DNA of 64,000 bases from Clostridiales bacterium (GTDB taxonomy: Bacteria; Bacillota; Clostridia; Christensenellales; DTU072). The DNA is taken from assembly GCA_012800525.1 (NCBI GenBank), contig JAAZJD010000061.1:25935-89934 (forward strand), given 5' to 3'. The notes below the pieces were generated by a model. That model was given only the letters and a program-made list of their open reading frames with translations, ran no database searches and was not told the origin of the DNA. Shown in pieces: positions 48,468 through 57,999 of the stretch (position 1 is its first letter; the number at the start of each line of letters is the position of its first letter). The translations under genes were made by a program, and so were the position numbers.

Positions 48468-49499
48468 TTAAAATTTAAATTGTTTTATGAATCTAACGTC
48501 ATTGTCAAACATAAGTCGCATATCTGGAATTCCATATTTTATCATAGCGGCTCTTTCTACTCCTATTCCAAAGGCAAAGCCAGAATATTTTTTGCTGTCT
48601 AATCCGGATTTTTCTAAAACAACTGGATTGACTACTCCAGCACCTAAAAGTTCCAGCCAGCCAGTGTTTTTGCATAAATTACAACCTTTTCCATGACACA
48701 TGCTACAGCTTAAGTCGACCTCAACACTAGGTTCAGTAAATGGAAAAAATGACGGCCTAAATCTAACAGTCGTGTGTTTATCAAAAAATAATTTAGCAAA
48801 TTCCTCAAGTGTTTTCTTTAAATCTTTTAAAGTGACATTTTCATCTATATATAGCCCTTCTATTTGATGAAACATTGGGCTGTGAGTTGCATCATCATCT
48901 GGACGATACACTTTTCCTGGACAAATAATTTTTATAGGTGGTTTTTCTTTTTCGAGTACTCTAACTTGGACCCCTGAAGTTTGAGTCCTTAATAGTAAGT
49001 TTTCAGTAATATAAAATGTATCAGTAAAGTCTCTTGCAGGATGGTCTTCTGGAATATTTAACAAATCAAAATTATATTTTTTTAGTTCAATTTCAGGCCC
49101 ATCAGCTAAACTAAAACCCATTCCGATAAAAATGTTAGAAATGTCTTGTTTAACAATATTGATAGGATTAAATGCCCCAATGTTATATTTTTTTGATAAA
49201 GTAACATCTAATGCTTCTTTTTTTTCTTTTGCATTTTGTTCTTGTTCATTGAGAATAGAGCTTTTTGTAGAAAACACATTTAAAACTTCTGATTTAGCTT
49301 CGTTAATTATTTTTCCATAAAATGGCTTTTGTTCATTGGGAATATTTTTTAAGTCTTTCATTAAATTAGCAAACGAGCCATTTTTAGATAAAATTTCTAT
49401 TTTAATTAATTCTAACTCTTTCAAGGAATTGCAATCACTAATTTGTTCAAGTGAATTTTTAACTAAGGATTTGATTTTCTCTTTCATAGACTTCTCCAT
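48468..49499 (-). CDS. pheS: Phenylalanine-tRNA ligase alpha subunit
   Basis: HPARDFTDTF, LRTQTS, THSPMFHQIEG, FPFTEPS, FAFGIGVER. Confidence 0.98.
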   Translation of the reverse strand: MEKSMKEKIKSLVKNSLEQISDCNSLKELELIKIEILSKNGSFANLMKDLKNIPNEQKPFYGKIINEAKSEVLNVFSTKSSILNEQEQNAKEKKEALDVTLSKKYNIGAFNPINIVKQDISNIFIGMGFSLADGPEIELKKYNFDLLNIPEDHPARDFTDTFYITENLLLRTQTSGVQVRVLEKEKPPIKIICPGKVYRPDDDATHSPMFHQIEGLYIDENVTLKDLKKTLEEFAKLFFDKHTTVRFRPSFFPFTEPSVEVDLSCSMCHGKGCNLCKNTGWLELLGAGVVNPVVLEKSGLDSKKYSGFAFGIGVERAAMIKYGIPDMRLMFDNDVRFIKQFKF

Positions 49500-49700
49500 A
49501 AATAATTACACAAAATAATATATAACTATAAAATGTTATTTTAGTGTGCGTATAAAATATTATACATTAATACACCGAAAGTCTTCAATTAATAATTACC
49601 TAAAAAATTTATTTTGTGTATTAGAGTGTCTTTTATAAAGTTAAATTTTTATGTGATATGGAAAATTTGCATAAAAATACTTAAAATTATTCCAAAATAA

Positions 49701-51428
49701 CTAGCTTTTTGCAATACACTGGTTATTTTTCGCTATTTTATAGCTGTTAGCCCATATTTTTAGCTCCTTAGCGTTATTTAGTCCAGCAATGCTTTTTATA
49801 TCACTTCCTGTTAGTCTCATTATTTCTTTTAACGAATTTTCTTCATCTAATTTTGTTATTTTAGTAAAAGTTGAATTATCTTTTGTAAATTTGGAAATTA
49901 AAAAATGGATATCCGCCATTGCCACAATTTGTGGTAAATGTGTTACGGATATAACTTGATGGTTTAAAGCAATATTATATAGTTTTTTTGCTACGGTTTT
50001 TCCTACATACCCACTGATACCTGTGTCTATTTCATCAAAAACTAATGTTCCAATATGCTCAAAATCTGCAGTTATATTTTTAAGCCCTACCATAAGTCTA
50101 CTCATTTCACCACCGCTAGCAATTTTGGATAAGTTTTTTAAAGGCTCTCCAAGGTTTGGACTAATTTTAAATACAACATCATCATAGCCATTGATATTAA
50201 AATTTGAAAAATTTATAGTATCGCTCGCAATAATATCAACTTCAAACTGAACATTCGGCATATCTAAATCTTTTAAGTGTGCAGTTATTTCATTAGAAAA
50301 ACTTTCTGAACGCTGTTTTCTTAATTGATGCATTTCATTTGCTAATTTTAATAACTTATCATACGTTTTCTTTTTTTCATTTTTTTTATCGCTTAAATAA
50401 CTTTCTGCATTTAATAGTTTTTCAAGCCTATCTTTGGATTTTTTATAAAACGCTTGAATAATTTCTATATTTTCTCCGTACTTTTTTTTCACTAGCCTAA
50501 TTTGCTCTAATCTTTTTGTAATAGCATCTAATGAATTTGAATCAAAATCATTAAGATTATTTGAAGTATTTTTAATATCTGATAATATATCATCAAGCTC
50601 TATTGCGCAACTTTCAATACGAGCTGTCAAAGGAGCATAAGAATCCGTATATTTTTCTATACTTTTTAAGTTTTTAAGTGTCGTATTTAAATTTGATAAG
50701 CATCCAAATTCATTTCCATAATCTAAAATCTTTATCGTATTACTTAATAGCAAGGCAATATGTTCTTGATTTTGAAGAATGTTTCTTTGTTTAACTAAAT
50801 TAGCTTCTTCATCTTCTTCAAATTTTATTTTTTCGATTTCTGATATTTGATGAGACAAAATATCAATTTCAAGTTTTATTTCATTTTCATTTCCATATGA
50901 TTCAATGTCTTCAATTATATTATTATATAAATTTAAAAAATTACGATATTCATTTTTAATGTATAAAATGGTATCCCCTATATATTCATCAAATATATAA
51001 ATGTGATTTTGTTCGTTTAATAAAGATTGATTTTGATGCTGTAAATGCACATCAATTAATAAAGAAACTATCTTTCTAATTTGTGCAACAGTAACTAGCT
51101 TTCCATTAATTCTACATTCATTTTTCCCGTTAATAGACATGGTTCGATTAATAATAATTTCATCATCAAATTCTATGCCGTAAGAATTAAGTATACTATG
51201 AATTTCGGGATTTTTAATTTCAATAAAAGTAGCTTCAACCATAGCAGTTTCACTATTATGTCGAATTAAGGATTTATCTGCTCGGTCTCCTAAAACAAAA
51301 TTTAAACTATCAATCAATATAGATTTTCCTGAACCAGTTTCTCCAGAAATAACATTAAGACCTTTGCCAAAATCAAGTTCAGCCTCTTTTATTAAAGCAA
51401 TATTTTTTACTAAAAGTGTAGAAATCAT
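49701..51428 (-). CDS. recN: DNA repair protein RecN
   Basis: GETGSGKS, ASGGEMSR, VFDEIDTGISG, THLPQI. Confidence 0.96.
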   Translation of the reverse strand: MISTLLVKNIALIKEAELDFGKGLNVISGETGSGKSILIDSLNFVLGDRADKSLIRHNSETAMVEATFIEIKNPEIHSILNSYGIEFDDEIIINRTMSINGKNECRINGKLVTVAQIRKIVSLLIDVHLQHQNQSLLNEQNHIYIFDEYIGDTILYIKNEYRNFLNLYNNIIEDIESYGNENEIKLEIDILSHQISEIEKIKFEEDEEANLVKQRNILQNQEHIALLLSNTIKILDYGNEFGCLSNLNTTLKNLKSIEKYTDSYAPLTARIESCAIELDDILSDIKNTSNNLNDFDSNSLDAITKRLEQIRLVKKKYGENIEIIQAFYKKSKDRLEKLLNAESYLSDKKNEKKKTYDKLLKLANEMHQLRKQRSESFSNEITAHLKDLDMPNVQFEVDIIASDTINFSNFNINGYDDVVFKISPNLGEPLKNLSKIASGGEMSRLMVGLKNITADFEHIGTLVFDEIDTGISGYVGKTVAKKLYNIALNHQVISVTHLPQIVAMADIHFLISKFTKDNSTFTKITKLDEENSLKEIMRLTGSDIKSIAGLNNAKELKIWANSYKIAKNNQCIAKS

Positions 51429-51429
51429 A

Positions 51430-51873
51430 TTATGAATGCATATATTTTTTTAATAGATCTATAACTTTAACAACTTCCGCTTCTGTTTTGATTACAACAA
51501 TAATAGTATCATCACCAGCAACTGTTCCTAATATTTGTGAATTATCAAGATAGTCTATTAAGGCTGCTGATGAATTTGCTGATCCTTCTATTGTTTTTAT
51601 AACTATAATGTTATTAGCGTAATCTATACTTGTTACGGATTGCTTAAAAATTGAAACTAGTTTTTCAAGTCTTGGATCGAGCGGTTGCATGTAATATGTT
51701 TTGCCATCATATGATTCTTTTACCAATCCAAGCTCTTTTATATCTCTTGATATAGTTGCTTGAGTAACTTTATAACCCAATTTAATTAATAAATCCGTTA
51801 ATTCTTGTTGAGTTTCAATAATATTTTCATTAATTAGAGTAAGTATACTTTTATGTCTTTTTATTTTTGACAT
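51430..51873 (-). CDS. argR: Arginine repressor
   Basis: TQQEL, VTQATISRDIKEL, GTVAGDDT. Confidence 0.96.
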   Translation of the reverse strand: MSKIKRHKSILTLINENIIETQQELTDLLIKLGYKVTQATISRDIKELGLVKESYDGKTYYMQPLDPRLEKLVSIFKQSVTSIDYANNIIVIKTIEGSANSSAALIDYLDNSQILGTVAGDDTIIVVIKTEAEVVKVIDLLKKYMHS

Positions 51874-51915
51874 TCAAACTTTATACCTTTTTATATCTAA
51901 AGGTATTTCCTCCTT

Positions 51916-52764
51916 TCATATAATTATCCAATTTAACAGTTTATTTAAAAACCTATCATAGTAATTATATGTTACTGTCCTTATAAATAACAAACTGTTT
52001 TTTGATTTAGTTATTTCTACATCTTCATTTTGATTAATTTTACATACATCTATGCCATCAACATTTAATTGAGCTTGCATTGATACTGAGTTTATGTTAA
52101 TTTTAATTACATTATTTGAGTTTGTGACTAAAGGTCTAGTATGGAGACTATGTGCAGCGATTGGCGTGATGACTAAAGCTGACACATCAGGAGCTAATAT
52201 TGGTCCTCCAGAAGATAAATTATATGCTGTAGAACCTGTTGGGGTGCTTATAATAACGCCATCAGAAGAATATTTGTCTACTAAAAAACCATTAATATAA
52301 ACACAAAATCGTCCTGCTCTTGCATCTCCTCTTGAAACAACAACATCATTAAGTCCAATGTAAACTTTTTTATTTATTTTTGCTTGAATCATAAACCTTT
52401 CATCTAAACAATAATTTTTAGACAAAATATCTTTCAAAATTTGATCTAAATCATTTGGGGGAATTTCTGTCAAAAACCCTCGGCTGCCTAAATTTAATGC
52501 CAAAATTTTTGTTTTATATTTTGAGGCAAGTTCTGCCACGCGAAGAATGGTTCCGTCGCCACCAAGTAAAACAACAACATTGCAAAGTTTAAATAAATCT
52601 TCATTGGTCAAGTATTGAGCTTTAATTCCTAAGTTTTTTAAATCATTGGATAAAAACAAATTATCATTTTCATTTTTAAGAAGATTATTAATAGAATTAC
52701 ATACTTTTTGAGTTTGTAATCCTTTTAAATCTTTTGTTAAATTCGTATAAACACCAAAATTCAC
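51916..52764 (-). CDS. nadK: NAD kinase
   Basis: GGDGT, GFLTE, ND, DGVIISTPTGSTAYNLSSGGP. Confidence 0.96.
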   Translation of the reverse strand: MNFGVYTNLTKDLKGLQTQKVCNSINNLLKNENDNLFLSNDLKNLGIKAQYLTNEDLFKLCNVVVLLGGDGTILRVAELASKYKTKILALNLGSRGFLTEIPPNDLDQILKDILSKNYCLDERFMIQAKINKKVYIGLNDVVVSRGDARAGRFCVYINGFLVDKYSSDGVIISTPTGSTAYNLSSGGPILAPDVSALVITPIAAHSLHTRPLVTNSNNVIKININSVSMQAQLNVDGIDVCKINQNEDVEITKSKNSLLFIRTVTYNYYDRFLNKLLNWIII

Positions 52765-52823
52765 GCTTTTGTCTCCTCAATAATTATAACCTAAAATGAA
52801 TTAATTTAAAACAATGCTAAATT

Positions 52824-53498
52824 TTATTTGTTCTCTTTTTTGTTAAAAATAGATAGAAATTTGGCAGTTTTTAAAATTATATTTTTAGATCTTTTTATAG
52901 CAAAAATTTTAACAAGCGCTTTTCCACCAACAGTAACTGCGCTGACTAAAGCAGAAAAAGCAATTGTTAGCCAAAATGTTATTTGAGCATTATTAATTTT
53001 TTTTGCTAACATTAATATAATAGAAATTGAGCATGCACCACTAATGATTCCGCATATATCACCAATGACATCGCAACAAATTGATGAAACTTTATCTGCA
53101 TTTTTAATTAACAATATGGCTATTTTTGCACCTTTTTCTTTTTTGCTAGCCATAGCATGAAATGGCTGTTCCTCGCTGGCGGTGGCTGCAACTCCTATGG
53201 CGTCTGAAATATAGTTAATTAATATCAAAATTATCAGCAATACAAACGAAACAATCAAACCTGCTTTTGATGTTGTAATTTCAGCAACAAATGAAAATAA
53301 AAAAGCTAAAAAGAATGTCAGTATTATTACAGTTAAAACCCATTTTGTAGCTTTGTGTTTTGAGTTTTTTATTTTTTTATTTTTTTGTTTTGATAAATCA
53401 ACTTCAATATTTTTAAGATTATTGATATTGTTATCAATATTTTTAGAATCTAATATATTAATGTCATCAGAATTATTTTCCAGTTTGTGATTTTTCAT
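52824..53498 (-). CDS. oapA: OLE-associated protein A (DUF21/CNNM-like TM protein)
   Basis: About 4 TM helices; DAIGVAAT...PFHAMASKK..GAK.AI.L; CCDVIGDICG (DxxxD motif); starts 17 nt after the OLE RNA 3' stem. Confidence 0.82.
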   Translation of the reverse strand: MKNHKLENNSDDINILDSKNIDNNINNLKNIEVDLSKQKNKKIKNSKHKATKWVLTVIILTFFLAFLFSFVAEITTSKAGLIVSFVLLIILILINYISDAIGVAATASEEQPFHAMASKKEKGAKIAILLIKNADKVSSICCDVIGDICGIISGACSISIILMLAKKINNAQITFWLTIAFSALVSAVTVGGKALVKIFAIKRSKNIILKTAKFLSIFNKKENK

Positions 53499-53515
53499 TA
53501 TTTAATCTCGTATAT

Positions 53516-54086
53516 AAAAGAGTGCTATAGATTAAGTAAACCTTGCTACTTAGGTTCGGTAGGATTTCCCTGCAGAACACTTGATGTCACCAAACAAGCA
53601 GTTTCCTTTAAAGTTCTACAAAACTTGATTTCTCAAAGTATAACCGAATCGCCACTTAGTACACACTATAATCCTTAATCTAAATACTGTCTAGAAAATT
53701 TCTTTGACAGATTTAATACAACCTATCCTCTTTTGCAACAATAAGTTTCATAGGCACTAGAAAAATCAAGTTCGCGGGCATGTTATTCTTGTAACCCTAA
53801 TCCTCATTATGTCACTCAAGGCAAGCTACACTGTACACAGCTAATATCACCGCATAAACAGGTTTAATCCTACTCAGCAGGTTTCCCCACCAATATAGGT
53901 CTCCACGGAAATTGGATCGGCTCAAATATGCCATTATTTGACGTCCAATATCCTTAACTCCCAGCATCAGCCCAAGTTTGGGCAACTCAAGCAAACACAA
54001 GGAACTTCATCGATATGCTCTTTGACGGTATTTTAACCCCGCCTTCAGCTGTACCTTATCTGACTAGAATACAGTAGCACTCTTTA
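53516..54086 (-). ncRNA. ole: OLE RNA (Ornate Large Extremophilic RNA), about 570 nt
   Basis: GC-elevated structured gap between xseB and oapA. Perfect 11-bp closing stem (5' AAAGAGUGCUA / 3' UAGCACUCUUU). Contains GUUCCUUGUGUUUG, CUUGGGCUGAUGCUGGGAGUUAAG and UUCCGUGGAG, which I recall as conserved OLE segments, plus a GAAA-tetraloop hairpin (53876-53891). Synteny nusB-xseA-xseB-[RNA]-oapA-nadK-argR-recN. Confidence 0.85.
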
Positions 54087-54093
54087 CAACATT

Positions 54094-54102
54094 ATTATAT
54101 CA
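54094..54102 (-). promoter_or_regulatory. Extended -10 promoter (TGnTATAAT) for OLE RNA
   Basis: Minus strand TG-A-TATAAT; predicted start about 54087, matching the 5' end of the closing stem. Confidence 0.65.
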
Positions 54103-54140
54103 TAAAACAAGATTTCTATATATTAAAGATGTGAGAGATG

Positions 54141-54344
54141 TTAATTGATTTCAAAATCGATTTTATTTAATTCTTGAGTTAAAATTTCAAGTTTACCTTT
54201 ACTTTTATTAATGCTTTCTATGCATTTTTTTGATAATGCTATAGCTTCTTCATAAATTTTTAAACTTTCATCAATGCTAGTTTGTTCATTTTCAAGTTTA
54301 TTAAGTAAATTTTCAAGCTTTTTTAAATTTGTTTCGAAATTCAT
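54141..54344 (-). CDS. xseB: Exodeoxyribonuclease VII small subunit
   Basis: FETNLKKLENL, IDESLKIYEEA; ATG 54344 after GGAGG. Confidence 0.92.
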   Translation of the reverse strand: MNFETNLKKLENLLNKLENEQTSIDESLKIYEEAIALSKKCIESINKSKGKLEILTQELNKIDFEIN

Positions 54345-54362
54345 TTTGAAAGCCTCCAAATT

Positions 54363-55493
54363 TTATTTTCTTTTTTTTACCTGTATTACTTCAGCTGTAA
54401 TTTCGCTGTCATATCCTGTAATTTTTAATTCGTCTCCAACAGAAAAGTCTTTAACACTAAATACTTCTTGTTGTCCTTTTTTTATTTTAAAGTAACCTTT
54501 TTGTAAAATGTTGTTAGGGTTTAAAATATTAATTTTTCCTATATAGTTATTTACTAAGTTAAAACAATTATTGATTTTTTTGTCAGCATGATATTGAATA
54601 TCTTTTCCTCTTGAGAATATTTTTTGTTGAGCTTTAAGAATTTTTAAATTAATTTTTGTTTCTATATTAGATAAAATGTCATTAATTTCAGTTATTAAAT
54701 CTAAAACGCTAAAAGCAATTATTTCAGCTGCTGCGGTTGGAGTAGAAGCCCGCTTGTCAGCTACAAAGTCTGCAATTGTAAAATCCGTTTCATGCCCAAT
54801 GGCAGAAACTAAACACGTTTTCATGTTAAAAATAGTTTCAGCAACTATTTCAGCATTAAAAGGCATTAAATCTTCAAACGAACCACCCCCACGAGCTAAA
54901 ATAATGACATCATAGCCTTGCTCATCTGCTAATTTTAAACCATTAACAATTTCTTTTACCGCATTTTCACCTTGAACAGCAACATCAATCAAGTCGATAT
55001 TAATTAAGTGATTTTTTCTTCTTATTGTTGTAACAATATCGTTTATAACGGCCCCTTGCTTACTAGTGACTACACAAATTTGAATTGGATATTTAGGTAG
55101 AGGTTTTTTATAAATTTCTTTAAAATAACCATTTTTAGAAAGTTTTTTCTTTAACTGTTCAAATTCAATATATAATTTCCCTATACCAAAAGGTTCAACA
55201 TATTGAGCGATAAAGGAAATTTTTCCTGTTTTTTCATACAAATTTGGTGACCCTATAGTTAATATCTTATCACCTTCATTTGGTATATATTGATAAGTTT
55301 TTATATTGAAAACAATAAAAGGAATCGATGAGTTTTCATCTTTGATAGTACTATACATGTGTCCACGGACAATTTTTATATCAGAAATCTCACCTACAAC
55401 TGGAATATCGTTTAAAATTTTATCTTGTGATATCAATGAGGATAAACGGCTATTTAGTTCTGTTATGGTAATATATTGTCTATTTTCATTCAC
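54363..55493 (-). CDS. xseA: Exodeoxyribonuclease VII large subunit
   Basis: VVGEISD, GAVINDI, LARGGGSFEDL, SAIGHETD, ASTPTAAAE. Confidence 0.96.
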   Translation of the reverse strand: MNENRQYITITELNSRLSSLISQDKILNDIPVVGEISDIKIVRGHMYSTIKDENSSIPFIVFNIKTYQYIPNEGDKILTIGSPNLYEKTGKISFIAQYVEPFGIGKLYIEFEQLKKKLSKNGYFKEIYKKPLPKYPIQICVVTSKQGAVINDIVTTIRRKNHLINIDLIDVAVQGENAVKEIVNGLKLADEQGYDVIILARGGGSFEDLMPFNAEIVAETIFNMKTCLVSAIGHETDFTIADFVADKRASTPTAAAEIIAFSVLDLITEINDILSNIETKINLKILKAQQKIFSRGKDIQYHADKKINNCFNLVNNYIGKINILNPNNILQKGYFKIKKGQQEVFSVKDFSVGDELKITGYDSEITAEVIQVKKRK

Positions 55494-55905
55494 AATTATT
55501 TAATTCCTTAAATACGGAGCTTAAAATTCCATTAACATATCCACTACTTTTGTCTGTGGAGTATTTTTTAACTAATTCAATTGCTTCTGCAATGGATACA
55601 TTAAGTGGAATAGTTTCAATATATTTCATTTCATAAATTGAAAGAAGTAAGGCAGCTAGATCGGTTTTATATATTCTATCTATTTTGAATCCAATTGCAA
55701 ATTTAGAAATTAAGTCTATTAATTCTTCATGCTTTTCGATTACACCAAAGTACACTATTTTAATATAATCTTCATCATCTTCTAATTTTTCTTCAATTAC
55801 TATATTTTTTAAACTAATTTCATTAGGTGTAAATTTTGAAAACAAAGCTTCATAAATGAGTTTATATGCAGCTTCTCTAGATTTTTTTCTTAGTTTATAA
55901 TTCAT
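55486..55905 (-). CDS. nusB: Transcription antitermination factor NusB
   Basis: RKKSREAA, DLAALLLSIYE, SIAEAIELVKKY, YVNGIL. Confidence 0.95.
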   Translation of the reverse strand: MNYKLRKKSREAAYKLIYEALFSKFTPNEISLKNIVIEEKLEDDEDYIKIVYFGVIEKHEELIDLISKFAIGFKIDRIYKTDLAALLLSIYEMKYIETIPLNVSIAEAIELVKKYSTDKSSGYVNGILSSVFKELNNCE

Positions 55906-56231
55906 AAGTTTATGTTAGTGACATTTATGTTTATTTGTTTTACAGAAAAACTTGTCTCATTTTCAACGTCACTTTTTATTAATTCTTGCAAATAGCATAT
56001 TGCCTCTGGAATAGATGTGCCAAAATCTACATTAACATACATATCTATAATTACAGAGTTGTTATCAAAGTAGACATGAACATTTTTATCCTTCAATAGT
56101 TTCAAGCCAAATCGTGACTTAACTAAATTAGCCTCTTTTGTAATACCAATAGTTTTTTCAATTGCATTATTGCATATTGAAGCTATAAAAGATGCATATC
56201 TATTTTTAACTTGTTGTTTTAATTCAGACAT
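55902..56231 (-). CDS. Asp23/Gls24 family protein
   Basis: IDMYVNVDFGTSIPE...Q..IK..VE..T...VKQININV; between efp and nusB. Start likely MSELK at 56231. Confidence 0.85.
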   Translation of the reverse strand: MSELKQQVKNRYASFIASICNNAIEKTIGITKEANLVKSRFGLKLLKDKNVHVYFDNNSVIIDMYVNVDFGTSIPEAICYLQELIKSDVENETSFSVKQININVTNINL

Positions 56232-56232
56232 T

Positions 56233-56799
56233 TTATGCTCTTGACATATATTCCCCAGTTCTTGTATCAACTCTAATCATTTCACCTTCATTTATAAATA
56301 ATGGTACTTGAATAGAAAAGCCGGTTTCTAGTTTAGCAGATTTAGTGCCTGGTTGAGCAGTTGCTCCTGCAATTCCAGGCTCACATTCAATTATTTTTAA
56401 ATCAACAAAATTTTCTGGTTCAACGTTAAATGCTGCACCTTTATAAAAAGAAACTTCAACGGTGCTGTTTTCTTTGATAAAATTTAGAGCATTACTTACT
56501 AGCTCTTGCCCTAATGGTATAATTTCATAAGTTTCATCATCCATAAAGTAATAAAGTTCACCATCAGCATAACTATAAGTCATTTTTTTTCGATCAATTC
56601 TAGCTAATTCAAATTTATCACTAGGATTAAAGGTTCTTTCAATGACTCCGCCTGTCATGACATTTCTAATTTTTGCTCTTACAAAAGCAGCACCTTTCCC
56701 TGGCTTTACATGTTGAAAATCTACAATTACTTGAACAGTTCCATTGTCTAATTCAAAAGTGATACCTTTTCTAAAATCTCCTGCGGTAATATATGCCAT
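56233..56799 (-). CDS. efp: Elongation factor P
   Basis: [33 protein letters not shown]. Confidence 0.98.
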   Translation of the reverse strand: MAYITAGDFRKGITFELDNGTVQVIVDFQHVKPGKGAAFVRAKIRNVMTGGVIERTFNPSDKFELARIDRKKMTYSYADGELYYFMDDETYEIIPLGQELVSNALNFIKENSTVEVSFYKGAAFNVEPENFVDLKIIECEPGIAGATAQPGTKSAKLETGFSIQVPLFINEGEMIRVDTRTGEYMSRA

Positions 56800-56824
56800 A
56801 CTTATCTCCTTTTACCTGTTTAAC

Positions 56825-57841
56825 TTATCTAATTATCATATTTTTATGTGCGTTTGTCAAGTTACGAATACCTTGTTGTTGAACGACAATCAAATCTTCT
56901 AATCTAATTCCAAATTTATTTTCTATATATACTCCTGGTTCTATTGTTATAATGCTATTTTTTTTCAATATATCATTTGATTTTGTAGAAAGTCTTGGCT
57001 TTTCGTGGATATCAAGACCTACTCCATGGCCTAATGAATGGATAAAATATTTTTGATATATTCCAAGTGAATTTCTTGCAATACAATCGAGTTCTTTAGC
57101 TTCTACTCCTGGTCGAATGTTTTTAATAGCTGCACTTTGAGCATTTAAAACATTATTATATATTTTTTCATACTCAGTTGTGGCAAATTTATATGAAAAA
57201 GACCTAGTCATATCAGAACAATAATTATTATATTTTACACCAAAGTCAATTATAACAGCATCTCCAGCTTGTAATTTTTTGTTTGAAGGGATTGCATGTG
57301 GACAAGCTGAATTTTCTCCAAAAGCTACTATGGTATCAAAGGCTGGAGTGCAATTATTTTCAAATATTTTTTTATTAATTAATATTGCTAATTCTTTTTC
57401 GGTAATACCTTCAAAAAGTGTTTGAATGACTTCAAGATATATACAATCAGTTATTTCTTGTGCCTTTTCAATATTAATAATTTCATTTTTTCTTTTTTGA
57501 ACCCTTTTTTCATTAATTTTTTCCGAATCATCAACAATTGTTATGTTTTTTAGAGATTGTTCTAACATTAAATATTCGAGCATACTCAACGCTTCACCTT
57601 CGACAGCTAAAATGTTAACATTTAATTGATTAATAATTTCTATGGATTTTTTAACTAGAGGCAATTTGTCGCTAAGCACGACGGTATAATAATTACTAAG
57701 TTCTTTTTGTGCTGTTAATATGAACCTTGAATCAGTGATATAGTATTTTGCGTTTCCACATAATAATATTCTAGCATCGCTATTTTTTAGAGATGAATAA
57801 TATAATAAATTTGTAGGACTAGATATATAAGTAGCTTTCAT
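56825..57841 (-). CDS. pepP: Xaa-Pro aminopeptidase (M24)
   Basis: DFG...YCSDMTR, HSLGHGVG, HE, TIEPGVY, RLED; upstream of efp as usual. Confidence 0.92.
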   Translation of the reverse strand: MKATYISSPTNLLYYSSLKNSDARILLCGNAKYYITDSRFILTAQKELSNYYTVVLSDKLPLVKKSIEIINQLNVNILAVEGEALSMLEYLMLEQSLKNITIVDDSEKINEKRVQKRKNEIINIEKAQEITDCIYLEVIQTLFEGITEKELAILINKKIFENNCTPAFDTIVAFGENSACPHAIPSNKKLQAGDAVIIDFGVKYNNYCSDMTRSFSYKFATTEYEKIYNNVLNAQSAAIKNIRPGVEAKELDCIARNSLGIYQKYFIHSLGHGVGLDIHEKPRLSTKSNDILKKNSIITIEPGVYIENKFGIRLEDLIVVQQQGIRNLTNAHKNMIIR

Positions 57842-57999
57842 TAAACAATTAACCTCGGTGCGTTTTACCTACTTAATAATATAGCATATTTATTCTAACA
57901 ATTTAATGAAAAGTGTGTAATGTTCTTATGCTTTTGTAATTTTATATAGTATAATTATAAATATTACACTATATATAAACCAAACTGGAGAAATAAAAC

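Noticed and set aside
49545-49572. TGTGCGTATAA resembling a dif XerC arm
   Set aside because: The right arm at 6-bp spacing does not match TTATGTTAAA.
53487-54000. ORFs 53487..53678 (+) and 53812..54000 (-)
   Set aside because: Short, no RBS or motifs, and they lie inside the structured RNA.
53516-54086. RNase P RNA, tmRNA or group II intron
   Set aside because: No GAGGAAAGUCC, no tRNA-like GGGG...TTCGA...ACCA ends, no intron 5' GUGCG or RT ORF; the oapA-like neighbour and synteny fit OLE.
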